From positions 212,835-276,834 of the forward strand of contig NMRA01000114.1 in the NCBI GenBank assembly GCA_002633005.1: a stretch of DNA of 64,000 nucleotides. Direction: 5' to 3'. Position 1 is the first letter of the stretch; the number at the start of each line of letters is the position of its first letter. A model generated the notes under the pieces. The model did no database searches and was not told the origin of the DNA. It saw nothing but the letters and a program-made list of their open reading frames with translations. Below are positions 50,709 to 63,719 of this stretch, one piece after another. Source of the DNA: Phoronis australis (lineage: Eukaryota > Animalia > Phoronida). The position numbers were made by a program, and so were the translations under genes.

Positions 50709-53700
50709 GTAAGTCCGTCCCTAGGAAGCTGCATTCTTTCACTTTTTGTTTCCGACCACTGTGCCCTAATGGTTAGGATGTTGGCCAATTTTCTATTTCG
50801 GCATCAGTACATAACAATCTGCCATTTCACTTGAGCTATGTTGCCAAAACAGTTCAATAAACTACAATGCAACAGCAATTCAGCCGATCGGACACACCTT
50901 GTTTGTGCGACTTGCTCTCAGTGACACACCTATCTATGGTTGGAAGAACTGCTCTTTATGTTAATTTTATTTTTACAGTTAAATACCGTTCACTTGTCAA
51001 ATTTTGCAGAATGACATTCAAAAAGGTAACATTCTCCTTTTAGCATTTTGGAGAATTTGAGAGGTGCATTTAGTCAAACATGATGGCAACACACGTGTCA
51101 AAGAAGATACTTTTGGTGCAAAGTTAACTTAGAATCCAGTTTAAAATGCATCCCTTCCATGGGATACTAATTAATATCTTGTCAACATGGGATTTCAGTT
51201 GGATGTTTGTAAGATGAATTTGTTAATGCACCCTGCTTTACCCTCTGTCAGAGCGCCACCTGTGGGGGAGACTGGGGGTCTATGAAAGGATTGTGCTTCG
51301 ACGTGCAGAAGTCCATAAAAACGCATGCCTTTGTTTGAACATTTGTTGTAAAAATGTGACTCTGAAATAAGACAGAAAAGTATTGAGAATCGTTCCATTT
51401 TGTTTGGCGCCTTGCTCTTTCCTGGACTTCTAGAACATGTTAGACCATGGTTATTTTGAGTGTGTTAAAAATATTAAGTACATGTAGTGCAGAATCCATG
51501 GATTTAGTCTGTTGTTGTGGCAGCAGCTGTAAGCCACAACGGCATTTGACAATAGGTGGAGCAGTATCCGTACCCATTTCTCAACCCTGACCAATCGAAA
51601 TGTCCGAAAGTTATTTTCCAACCAATCGGAGTGTCCGAATGTAATGTCTATTAGCCAATGAGAAGCAGTGTGACATGATCCTTTCACAATGTTACCCCTG
51701 GAAGCAGTTTATGTGTTGCAATATATTTGAGAATGAAGTTAAAGAATGTGTGGTGCATGCACCGCATTGATTTATTTATTGGTGAAATAACATTGTGAGT
51801 CCTTGTGATATGTTACTGTGTAACGTCAGTGTAAGTCAGTTTGAGGTCGTGAGATTGTAGATTTATGTAATTTGCTGTTAAGTCCATTTGCATAAACCTA
51901 TAACTTGCACTTTCACCTGGTGATGGTCGGAGAAATCGCTGGCTGAAACGTCACAGAAAATCCCACATAGACTTTGGTGCAAATAGACCTAACAATGGAC
52001 AATATAATTTTACTTGTCAGTTTATGTTCATCACCTGTCACGTGATCTGAGGTGGACAAATCATTGCACGTATAATCATTTCATATAATGTCCTACTTTC
52101 ACAGCCTCTGCAGACAAACCGGCACAGTTCAAAGACTTGAGAAATTAGCAGCAGAAATTACTGGAGAGTATGGAACAAGCTGCATACAACAAAGACATAA
52201 ACTGAATNGTAAGTCCATCCCTAGTAAGCTGCATTCTTTCACTTTTTGTTTCCGACCACTGTGTCTTAATGGCTAGGATGTTGGCCAATTTTCTGTTTCG
52301 GCATCAGTACATAACAATCTGCCATTTGACTTGAGCTATGTTGCCAAAACAGTTCAATAAACTACAATGCAACAGCAATTCAGCCGATCGGACACACCTT
52401 GTTTGTGCGACTTGCTCTCAGTGACACACCTATCTATGGTTGGAAGAACTGCTCTTTATGTTAATTTTGTTTTTACAGTTAAATACTGTTTACTTGTCAA
52501 ATTTTGCAGAATGACATTCAAAAAGGTAACATTCTCCTTTTAGCATTTTGTAGAATTTGAGAGGTGCATTTAGTCAAACATGATGGCAACACGTGTGTTA
52601 AAGATGCTTTTGGTGCAAAGTTAACTTAGAATCCAGTTTAAAATGCATCCCTTCCATGGGATACTAATTAATGTCTTGTCAAGATGGGATTTCAGTTGGA
52701 TGTTTGTAGGATGAATTTGTTAATGCACCCTGCTTTACCCTGTCAGAGCGCCACCTGTGGGGGAGACTGGAGGTCTATGAAAGGATTGTGCTTCGACGTG
52801 CAGAAGGCTGAGGAGCATAAGTACGCATGCCTTTGTTTGAACATTTGTTGTAAACATCTGGCTCTGTAATAAGATGGAAAAGTATTGTGAATCGTTTCAT
52901 TTTGTTTGGCGCCTTGTTCTTTCCTGGACTTCTAGAACATGTTAGACCACGGTTATCTTGAGTGTGTTAAAAATATGAAGTACATGTAGTACAGAATCCA
53001 TGGATTTAGTCTGTTGTTGTGGCAGCAGCTGTAAGCCACAACGGCATTTGACAATAGATGGAGCAGTATCCTTACCCATTTCTCAACCCTGACCAATCAA
53101 AATGTCCGAAAGTTATTTTCCAACCAATCGGAGTGTCCGAATGTAATGTCTATTAGCCAATGAGAAGCAGTGTGACATGATCCTTTCACAATGCTACCCC
53201 TGGAAGCTGTTTATATGTTGCAATATATTTGAGAATGAAGTTAAAGAATGTGTAGTGCATGCACCGCATTGATTTATTTATTGGTGAAATAACATTGTGA
53301 GTCCTTGTGTTATATTACTGTGTGACGTCAGTGTAAGTCAGTTTGAGGTTGTGAGATTGTAGATTTATGTAATTTGCTGTTAAGCCCATTTGCATAAACC
53401 TATAGCTTGCACTTTAACCTGGTGATGGTCGGAGAAATCGCTGACGGAAACGTCACAGAAAATCCCACATAGACTTTGGTGCAAATAGACCAAACAATGG
53501 ACAATATAATTTTACTTGTCAGTTTATGTTCATCACCTGTCACGTGATCTGAGGTGGACAAATCATTGCACGTATAATCATTTCATATAATGTCCTACTT
53601 TCACAGCCTCTGCAGACAAACCGGCACAGTTCAAAGACTTGAGAAATTAGCAGCAGAAATTACTGGAGAGTATGGAACAAGCTGCATACAACAAAGACAT

Positions 53701-53709
53701 AAACTGAAT
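50709..53709. repeat. 1.5-kb tandem duplication around an n gap (probable uncollapsed haplotypes)
   Basis: 50709-52207 and 52209-53709 are nearly identical and meet exactly at n52208. Confidence 0.9.
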
Positions 53710-54505
53710 GCAATGAACTGTTCTTGACTACTGGTATGGTGTGCAGTCTCACAACCAACAAAATGCACATTACTGCACAAATTTTGCAAAATTTTCATCT
53801 CCATGTTTAGGCAACAGTCTTTTTTAATGGCAAATCTTGTTAAAAACGAATACGTTATGATTACGGACTAGCTTCAGTTCAATAGTATAAAAATCTGGAA
53901 TCTATAGCTCTTGATTATGCCGTAAGCTCTGTAGTAGCTGGCAAATGGTCCCCATTGTATAAAAAGTTTTGAGAGTAAGGAACAAGTTCGTTATCATAAC
54001 TGACTCATTTTTAACTACAAACAATTACTAAATCAGTATGTAGTACATAGAAAAGTATCACACCAAGAAGTTAAAAATAATATAACTTTTTACAGTTACA
54101 GTCCAAGTAGAGATTCAAGGTGTTACCACCTTCTCAGGGTATCAAATCACCTTTTGAACTTGATCATCGCTATGTCCTAGCGGCACTTTGTGGTCAAGAT
54201 GGCAATACACAATTTGTCCTTATTGTTGTGAGCACAGAGCTTATAATGATTCTCAATAAGACTGCACTATTCATTCTAAGAACAAAAAAACAAACGTTTC
54301 CCACAACTCTACAAACCCAAGTCAAGACCCACTTAAAACAATGGAAGTCTTGTTTATCTACACAGATAAATTTGATGTCACATGCACATTAGATCGGTGC
54401 TGGTAATGACTTTTCTTCGGGGACTATACCTGACTTGACAAGAGCAAACTGTGAGCATCAACGAGTTCTTTGTGAACACGAAACTGATGTACTAAACGAA
54501 TACAA

Positions 54506-57500
54506 TCAACTTCCAATTCGACTGATTGCGTCAAATATTTCATTGCACATTCTCTCAATTTGTACCTTGTCCATGTATTCAGCACTAGATATCGCATTAG
54601 CAATGGCAATAGTTTCCTGCTCTGAGCGACCTTTGATCCATACCCGTCCATTGTCGCCTATGACACTTTCAAAAGATACGTGCTGGCCAAGACATTTTAA
54701 AAGATCGCACTGCGGACTACGGCACCTGCAAGACAGAACTTTCACTTTAATAAAAACATTTTCATGACAAAATATCAGTACCTCAAAATCAACTGTGTTG
54801 TCTTTATGATTTTCATCTGCAAGTGAGGCTACCCAGATTAAAAAGGTTGGCAAAATATCCTCAGCCAACATGAAATTAAAGGGAAGCTCATTTGCAACAA
54901 ACCATATTTTCATGGCTCACAAGTTTTTTTTTAAAGACCACGAAACGAGCTACTCTTACGAAGTATAGTGTTTTCTATTCACCTAATACTGGAGAAAGCA
55001 ATATGAACTTGACCAATTCAGTCAGGCAAGTAGCTACGTAACGTGACAAGTCACTAACTATAGCACAAGTCATAAGATCTCACAAGTGATGCAGCCAGCT
55101 CACTCAATGGAAACAACACGGGGCCGCTTGCATCGAGTGCGCTTTTAGTGCACTTGTCACACGGTCAGTTGCCCCTGGTGCAGTCCCCACCACAACCCCA
55201 GCCACAGGGCCTCTTGCCCCTGGGTCCCAATAACATCAAATCTTTAATTCAGACTTGAAGCAAAAATTGATCCATTACGATGCCAGAAATTCAAAATTTT
55301 AGTACTTTAAAGGTTCCAAACAATTTGTCAGTTTTCCAGTAAGGTTTCTTCCTGCCTCAAGGGCATCAGCCTCCACCACCNACACTGCATCATATAGCCC
55401 CCATCTCTGATCACTTACTTTCTGACCAAGTTGAGTGAACACTGCATCATATAGCCCCCATCTCTGATCACTTACTTTCTGACCAAGTTGAGTGAACACT
55501 GCATCATATAGCCCCCATCTCTGATCACTTACTTTCTGACCAAGTTGAGTGAACACTGCATCATATAGCCCCCATCTCTGATCACTTACTTTCTGACCAA
55601 GTTGAGTGAACACTGCATCATATAGCCCCCATCTCTGATCACTTACTTTCTGACCAAGTTGAGTGAACACTGCATCATATAGCCCCCATCTCTGATCACT
55701 TACTTTCTGACCAAGTTGAGTGAACACTGCATCATATAGCCCCCATCTCTGATCACTTACTTTCTGACCAAGTTGAGTGAACACTGCATCATATAGCCCC
55801 CATCTCTGATCACTTACTTTCTGACCAAGTTGAGTGAACACTGCATCATATAGCCCCCATCTCTGATCACTTACTTTCTGACCAAGTTGAGTGAACACTG
55901 CATCATATAGCCCCCATCTCTGATCACTTACTTTCTGACCAAGTTGAGTGAACACTGCATCATATAGCCCCCATCTCTGATCACTTACTTTCTGACCAAG
56001 TTGAGTGAACACTGCATCATATAGCCCCCATCTCTGATCACTTACTTTCTGACCAAGTTGAGTGAACACTGCATCATATAGCCCCCATCTCTGATCACTT
56101 ACTTTCTGACCAAGTTGAGTGAACACTGCATCATATAGCCCCCATCTCTGATCACTTACTTTCTGACCAAGTTGAGTGAACACTGCATCATATAGCCCCC
56201 ATCTCTGATCACTTACTTTCTGACCAAGTTGAGTGAACACTGCATCATATAGCCCCCATCTCTGATCACTTACTTTCTGACCAAGTTGAGTGAACACTGC
56301 ATCATATAGCCCCCATCTCTGATCACTTACTTTCTGACCAAGTTGAGTGAACACTGCATCATATAGCCCCCATCTCTGATCACTTACTTTCTGACCAAGT
56401 TGAGTGAACACTGCATCATATAGCCCCCATCTCTGATCACTTACTTTCTGACCAAGTTGAGTGAACACTGCATCATATAGCCCCCATCTCTGATCACTTA
56501 CTTTCTGACCAAGTTGAGTGAACACTGCATCATATAGCCCCCATCTCTGATCACTTACTTTCTGACCAAGTTGAGTGAACACTGCATCATATAGCCCCCA
56601 TCTCTGATCACTTACTTTCTGACCAAGTTGAGTGAACACTGCATCATATAGCCCCCATCTCTGATCACTTACTTTCTGACCAAGTTGAGTGAACACTGCA
56701 TCATATAGCCCCCATCTCTGATCACTTACTTTCTGACCAAGTTGAGTGAACACTGCATCATATAGCCCCCATCTCTGATCACTTACTTTCTGACCAAGTT
56801 GAGTGAACACTGCATCATATAGCCCCCATCTCTGATCACTTACTTTCTGACCAAGTTGAGTGAACACTGCATCATATAGCCCCCATCTCTGATCACTCCC
56901 ATGCCACTGCTCTTTCCTTTACCGTCTATACACACAAGCTCCGGTTCCATGTCCTTGTTAGCCACCAGCAACCGCCCGTATACAATGTCCCCCACCTGTG
57001 GCAAAGATACACTGAGAGAAAACTTTCTACTATACACCTGGTGTGCAGTAAAACTGGCTGAAGGTCCGCATGTCTAAGACCAATCTTCACTGAACTCTGA
57101 TAAAAAGTTCTGTGATTCGGTTGTTCTAGTAGGCAATAGTAGGATACAGCGTACCCGTTATTAAGTGGAGAATGTGGTTCTCAAAATGTGGGCACGTCAT
57201 ATCCGACCATTAGCGTTCTAGTATGTACTTGGCCTGAAGTACAGATTAGTAAAACTTAGCCAAACTCCGATAAAAACTCGGTCCAGTAATACAGCCAACT
57301 TTTTTAATACTTTCCTTTATTACAGAAACAGTGCAGTCAGCAAATTATCAAGGCACAAAGTGACAAAGTTTCTAAACAATATTAAGTTATCATTTGAGAT
57401 ATTCAAAAGTGGAGTGTTGTTAAGGAGTAATTATTCATAACTGATCTCCAACTTTTTTGTTATCAATTTTTCCCCGAAAAGGTCTCAAATCATGAATTAC

Positions 57501-59937
57501 TTTGCAGTGGTGACACGGTCACTCACATCAATTTCGAGAGGTTGAATGGCGAAAAAATGAAACTTAAAGGCACATCCAGGCAAGCGACGTTAGCTTGAAT
57601 GAGTTATTCCACACCTGTCACTATATTCTGGGCCACGGTGATTTTTGTAACCACCTCTATTTTTGTAACCGATTACACTATACTGCCATAACTCTTTTTA
57701 AATAATATTCCCTGCTTCAATACCTAGTGATGTTCATTCCAATACTGGAAATGAAGGACCAGAACATCTCAATTATAAGTTCCCAGGAGTTTACCTTCAC
57801 ATCCGGTCGGTTTCGTTTTGTTGCGTTTTCGAAGGACAAGAAGGAGAGCGTGGCCTGGTCACTTCCCCCCACATCCACCCTGTAGACATCCCCTGCCTTC
57901 ATGGTGACCACACCCAGTACTTGCTCACCTCGCACAGGCACATACTGGAAGACAATCATCAATAAAGAATGGATCACGATAAACACAATGACGCACTAGA
58001 AAGAAATTTTAATGACCAAAGTATTGTTCTAGCTGACGAACTTAAAGACATCGGCAGCCTCCAAGGTACCCTTCTTTGCACAAAAGGTGCCGCAGTAAGA
58101 AGACTTACTGTCTCTCGCCAACGGGCGCTTATTTACAAACAAGTTAAGTGTCTAGCTGCCACATAGACAGTGACCACCATCTCTAACCGACTAGAGACGG
58201 CGTAGCTTCTATAGGAGCTTCATACGCCAGAAGCTTTTCGGTGAATTATGCCTTACACTGACTAAAACTCGTTGTTATAAATACATTTAGTGCATAGACG
58301 GACACCTTAGGAGGTCGTCGATGTATTAAATTTCTTCCAACTCAAAGAAATACTCCTGTTATCAAACTTTTTCTTCGAGCAGTCCCTCGTTCAGTTCCTA
58401 ATATCGTAAACTCGCCATTTTTAATACTGAGCGCGGCAGGAAGTATGATGGCATATCCCCTAGTAAAAATGGCCAGTAACTGATTTTAGGAACTGAACGA
58501 GGGACTGCTCAAAGTATAAGTTAGATAACGGGAGTATTGCTTCGAGTTGGAATTAAATACATCGATGGCCTTCTTATAGGCTAAGATGTTCCTCTTAATC
58601 CTCTACATGCAAAAGGTATTTATAACAACATGACTTTGATGTTTTAGTCAGTGTGAGGCATAATTTGCCAAAAAGCTCCTAATATAAGAGCTACACTATC
58701 TCTAGTCAGCTAGCTAGGGACAGTGGTCAATGTCTAGCTAGTACAGTCAAGTGACCTAATCATCGGACGTTTTGGCACATTTTGCATTATATTTAATTGA
58801 AAATACTACGGATTATTGTAAATTCTTTGCTGAAATGAAGATTTACCTTCACGGAATTGTTCTGTTACCATATCTTGTCACTGAAAGCCACATTTATGTT
58901 CCGACTGATCTTCAAAACACACAACAACCAAACCTTCGGAGAACCTAAATATCGGACAACATGTTTCTCCATACGCCACACCGCGGAAAACTGACTAACC
59001 ATGTAATGGCTGCGGGCACCTTGTCGCCAAATTTCAGCTCGAGTGTTTTGACATATATGCTGCTAGAACCCAGGTCCATTCGCAACAAAATAATCCATAA
59101 AATGAAATCTGATGACGGCGCCAAGTCATTTCGATGAATTAGTGCAGACGACTAAAGCACGTGCAAACTCACTGCAGTATTTAGTATCACTTAGGCTTCT
59201 TGATATGACACCCGCACGTGCGCGGTCGGGGTTTGACTTGAGTTTAAAAACAAACGAAAAAATGGAACAGTGACATATTGTCAGTTCAATGAGATGGTGT
59301 CATTGTGGAAAAAGATTTTATTTCCAACTTTTATAACCGATTTATGCGATCGTCCATTTTAGGCCGACTTGGGGGTGAAATCAAAACGAGGCAACGCTGT
59401 AAAAAAACGAGACACTGGCGGACATTGAATGCATTACAACGGAACAAAAATTGGTGTCATTTAATTCTCAGATTATGCTTCAAGTAAGATTCTATGAAAT
59501 GTCCGATATTTAGGTTCCGTCCGATAATTAGGTACACTATGTGTAGCTGGGATACCGACATCTAGTTGTGGAACAGCGATTGCCGTTCCCTGCAATCTCT
59601 CCTTCGACCAATCATGACACTCAGGACTTGAGATTCAAATTTTCTAACAATTTCTTAACTTTTGACTGCCACGGCACTGTTTAGTGTTAGTGTCCGGCGA
59701 TAAACGAAAAACAGTGTTGAGTGTTGAAGTTTTTACCCTTTTCTGCTGAGTCTCAACCCAGTACATATTTGGTTCCTTAAATTTCAATATTCCAGACTTT
59801 GTTACGGTGATGTTTTCATTGACCATTCGTAGTCCCGGTCCAACTAATGTCTTTTTGCTTGAGTTCACCTGTTGGAGACCAATAACATCTCCCGGCAAAA
59901 CAACTTTCACGTGCGCCATATTGTTACCGTGTGTCAT
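54506..59937 (-). CDS. EXOSC3: Exosome complex component RRP40
   Basis: Exons 59937 (or 59919)-59737, 57944-57795, 56995-56844 and 54725-54506; motifs [36 protein letters not shown]...KDMEPELVC and NGRVWIK. Confidence 0.95.
55382..56897 (-). repeat. 57-bp tandem array derived from the EXOSC3 exon 3/intron 3 junction, about 26.6 apparently identical copies
   Basis: Unit (-) is GATCAGAGATGGGGGCTATATGATGCAGTGTTCACTCAACTTGGTCAGAAAGTAAGT; truncated by n55381. Confidence 0.97.
58164..58736. mobile_element. Foldback (long-TIR) non-autonomous element
   Basis: TAGACA...TGTCTA ends and about 260-bp imperfect arms (e.g. AGTCCCTCGTTCAGTTCCTAA / TTAGGAACTGAACGAGGGACT); flanks GCTGCCACA/GCTAGTACA may be a decayed 9-bp TSD; related partial sequences near 45360-45575, 17495-17590 and 37480-37570. 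Confidence 0.75.
58744..59543. mobile_element. Tc1/mariner (pogo-like) MITE
   Basis: TA|CAGT...ACCTAATCATCGGACG versus CGTCCGATAATTAGGT...GTG|TA; internal copy of the ACCTAAATATCGGACA motif. Confidence 0.6.
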
Positions 59938-60142
59938 AACAATATGTAGGCTGTGTATTTTGTTGGTGAAACCTCATTATAAAGAAGCATCAAATACCAA
60001 TTGAAAAGAAATGGCTCTATATGAGTATAAGTAATGTGTCAAATATAAAAGAATTTTGTTAAAAGGACAAATTTGAGTGTAAATTTAGTAGAATATTCAT
60101 TTCCACTGTACACAGCCTCATTTTCGAAACTTATTTTTAAAA
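59938..60142. promoter_or_regulatory. Bidirectional promoter EXOSC3/CARM1
   Basis: Divergent start codons about 205 bp apart. Confidence 0.75.
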
Positions 60143-63100
60143 ATGGCTACCAGGTTTGGAAACGTGCATCTTGGTTTCTTTGATGAGAATTGTCAGTTAC
60201 AGAGCAAATCGGACAGTTTATTTACTCTGGATCTTATAAAAGACAACAAAAAAGCTATTTTACAATTCAAGACAGGTATTTGTCTGGTACTCATTCAGAA
60301 ATGACGTGCAAAAGCTATATAAGATTTATGACAACGAAAACATTTTTCACTTCAGCACTCAGCTTTTGTTTGTTGTGCTATTGTTTACTATTATCGCGGT
60401 CATTTTATGATTTATACGACTTGGGAAAATCATTAAGTTGCGTTCTTTGGTTTGTTCCACATAACTTCATGGCTTTGTCATAGTCGTTCATTGTCAGCGC
60501 ACACATTTTCTTGAGCAAATTGAACCCCCATTCATGAATGATTGATGACGATTCGTCATCAGAAGTAGGTTCTCAATCTCGAGAATTTCATTGTATCCAT
60601 GGAGCTTATCTTGATCCTTGTTATTTGCATATTACATGATAGTAATCAAGACCCCTAGGACATCACTGTGCAGTTGTGAGATGAGTCAGTGCTTGAGGTT
60701 GATGTAGTGAGTGTAGTTAAGTTTGCCCCGACTCTGCAACTGGATGGCACTGGATAATTAAAAAAAGTACTTTTCGAAGTGGGACTTTCAGGCTAATTCC
60801 TTATCTCTGTGTTTGCTTTGTCAAATGGCAAATTATATAGAAACACAACCTTACGACGAGGTGAATACAAAGTAGGTTGAAAATTGCCAAATGTTTTTAA
60901 GAATTTATTTTGTGGCGAAAATGATCTGCCAAAAATCACTGAACCGTGTCCAGTAAGTATCATGATGTGGTGTTGAGGAATAACGCTGCGTGTGGGGGGT
61001 TATATGAGTCCCCAAGGTGCATCATTAGTGCAAAGGTCACCTATTTTGGAGAATTTTTGTTTTCATATTTACAAGTTCTCAGTGAATACAACTGTACTTT
61101 GTTTAGCGTAGATTATGTTAAAATAGTATTGCCATTACGAGCATGTAAATACATCAATACAATATTTTCATTTTCATCAATATTTATAGTTTTGACTAAA
61201 TTCAAATTTGTTAATTGCATTCAAAATGTTTAGATTGTATACAGGTCTTAAATTCCGAGAAACAGTCTTATTTTGATAGACAGTCCACATTCAATAAATA
61301 CTGTGTGCTTTCTTGTTGGAGATATAAACAACGCCCCATTTTTTGTTATCTTTTAATATTTTATTCAAAAAAGATATCCAAAAGTGTGCAGAAACTGTTG
61401 TCTGCCTTTACTCTCAACCTTGTTACTGAAAGTAAGTTATCAATGACTACACAAGAGGTTCTTTGCGACTTCATTTTTTGGGGTAAATATGTTTCACTGG
61501 AAGTCTACGTAGAATTTTTGAAGACTTTGCTGTGAAAGTACTGAAAGCATTTTTGTTTCAATGTGTTATTTTCATTTTTTTATCAATGTGAAAACCTCTG
61601 ATTTAGAAGGGTTAATGAGTACACATGGGTGTCTCGCTTATATAGTTTTTAAGTTAAGAATCATAACTCGAGTCGCTAGGAAAATTTCTTACATTCAAAT
61701 CTGTCGTGACTTAACATTTCAGATGGACAAAGTCTGCATTGTACATATGAACAAGGGAATGACCTCGCCACGATAGGAAAGCAATGTATGCTGTTATCAG
61801 CTAACCAACAGTCTCTCTTGTTGAAATTCTCTTCAGAAAACGGTAAGAGTTTACAAGAGATATGTTTACAAGTTACACGACTACTTTGCAAACTAATATT
61901 CAAGAACTGTGTAAAGTTTGTTAGTAATTGTGCAATGAATAATGTCAGCATTAAATTAGGAGTAGCGTGTTGTGTTGTTTTTTTCCGTCCAGTTTTCACG
62001 GTGTTCTGTCGGTTTTCTGTTTTTGTGACAATTGCCGATAAGGGTGTGGAAACACTTGAGACGTGTTTCCTTTTTTAAAAACCACGACTCGTTAATGGTC
62101 TGATTTCGCCTAACATTTGGTTTAAAAGAAGTCATTGTGAACTTAAAAAACTTGGTTATGATCTGGATGTTTGAGTATGGCTACATTGGCATTGCTACGA
62201 TCCCTCTGGGGACATTTCTGAAACGTCTGTTGGAACTCAAGTTTATACAGAAAAATACTTTTGCCAGGAGACTTATGGCATGTTACCAGGTTCGTTATAA
62301 TGCAGTTCCACTGTATTATTGTTGTTTTCAGATATGAAGTCCTTCAGACATTCTCTACAGCAGGTTGTCAAAGGTAAAACAGATAACATCTTTGACGAGC
62401 GGACGGAGGAGGCGTCAGCGTCTCAGTACTTCCAAGTAAGCCATGTTGAGTCTTCTAGGTTTCTTGGTCAAGCTACTTTTCTTCCTTACTGTTTCGTGGA
62501 CAACGTGGCTCAGGATTCAGCTCAACAATAACATCTCTTTAACTTATGATGTTTCTGTTGTGGAATGAAAATTTTGACTAAGCACAATGATCTGTTGCCA
62601 AAATTTAACGTCGTCATCATAGACTTTTCAAATTACAAACTTGTTTCTGCGGTGTGTCAAAACAGGTCGCAAAGAACATTGAAATAACTTTGTCCTGAAT
62701 TCAGCTGTTCTCTTTTGGAGCTCAGAAATGCTTTGTATGGTTGACTTATTTTTCAAAAGGGTATGCTGCCGGCACACTTCTTAGCTGAATGGAACGCGTG
62801 CGATAAATCACGGGCTCAGCTTTGCAAAGTTTATGTTAGCGCTACGACTCGCAGTCCAACATGGAACTTTTTTGATTAGCCAATAATTCACTAAGTTTTT
62901 GTGCTAAATAGCGAAAGACATGGCAGCAGTGAGAAAGTCTCTTGGGATGTGCTGCATTGTGGGTAAATACTGCAGTATCTGATCAGCATTGACGTGGTAT
63001 GAGATGCGCTGCGGAAGTTTACAGACTTCTCCTTTCTTAACTGGGTTACATATGTATGGTTCTCTTCCAATACAATGCATTTTTGTGCTCAAAATCTGGT

Positions 63101-63373
63101 TGCTGGTGTTTTCTTGTTTCGTTTTCTGTCTCTTTTGTTGTTTTTGACTTCTCATGCAGCTGTCTCGTGCTGTTTTAAAAGTAGCCTTATTGGTGGTACT
63201 GTTTTGTATTTGAGATCAACCCTAGAAGTGATTGCATCCCTTTAAGAATGTTGTTGTTTTCATTCCAGTTCTATGGGTTCCTCTCCCAGCAACAAAACAT
63301 GATGCAGGACTACATACGAACATCTACCTACCAACGTGCAATGTTATCAAACATCCATGACTTTCATGACAAG
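60143..63373 (+). CDS. CARM1: Histone-arginine methyltransferase CARM1/PRMT4, 5' part (continues past the window)
   Basis: Exons 60143-60275, 61723-61842 (IGKQCMLL...SLLLKF, PH-like domain), 62332-62435 ([15 protein letters not shown]) and 63269-63373 ([25 protein letters not shown]); phase-consistent. Confidence 0.93.
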
Positions 63374-63719
63374 GTAATCAATGTGACAAGGAGAGACCCG
63401 TCTTGGGACAGACGTTTCTAGGCATCGGTATTCTTTGCATAAGTTATAGCTACAAAAGTGTTGCAATTTATTAGCTGTGATATCAGGGCTTCTCCTGGTT
63501 CACGTTTCAGAGAGGTGTTTTAAATCCCAGTTCAGTATCAATATTGGTGACAAGCTAATGTTACTGTGAGTACCAGTTTACAACTGCTGAAGCTAATTGT
63601 GATATCTAGCCCTGGGTTTTAGAAAGTCGGTCTTTGACTTGGGAAGTAGGAGGGTTCCATTCTGTTGTCGTGATCTCATTGTTTCTTGCTTCCGTCATTC
63701 TGTGTCCGTGCTGCTGCGT

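Noticed and set aside
55299-56867. 522-aa ORF of repeated [19 protein letters not shown]
   Set aside because: By-product of a 57-bp (19-codon) repeat with one stop-free frame; it is out of frame with EXOSC3, starts at a non-ATG codon and crosses an n gap.
55382-56897. CRISPR-like array
   Set aside because: No unique spacers, no cas genes and a eukaryotic intron context; the same applies to the 23-bp repeat at 22550-22780.
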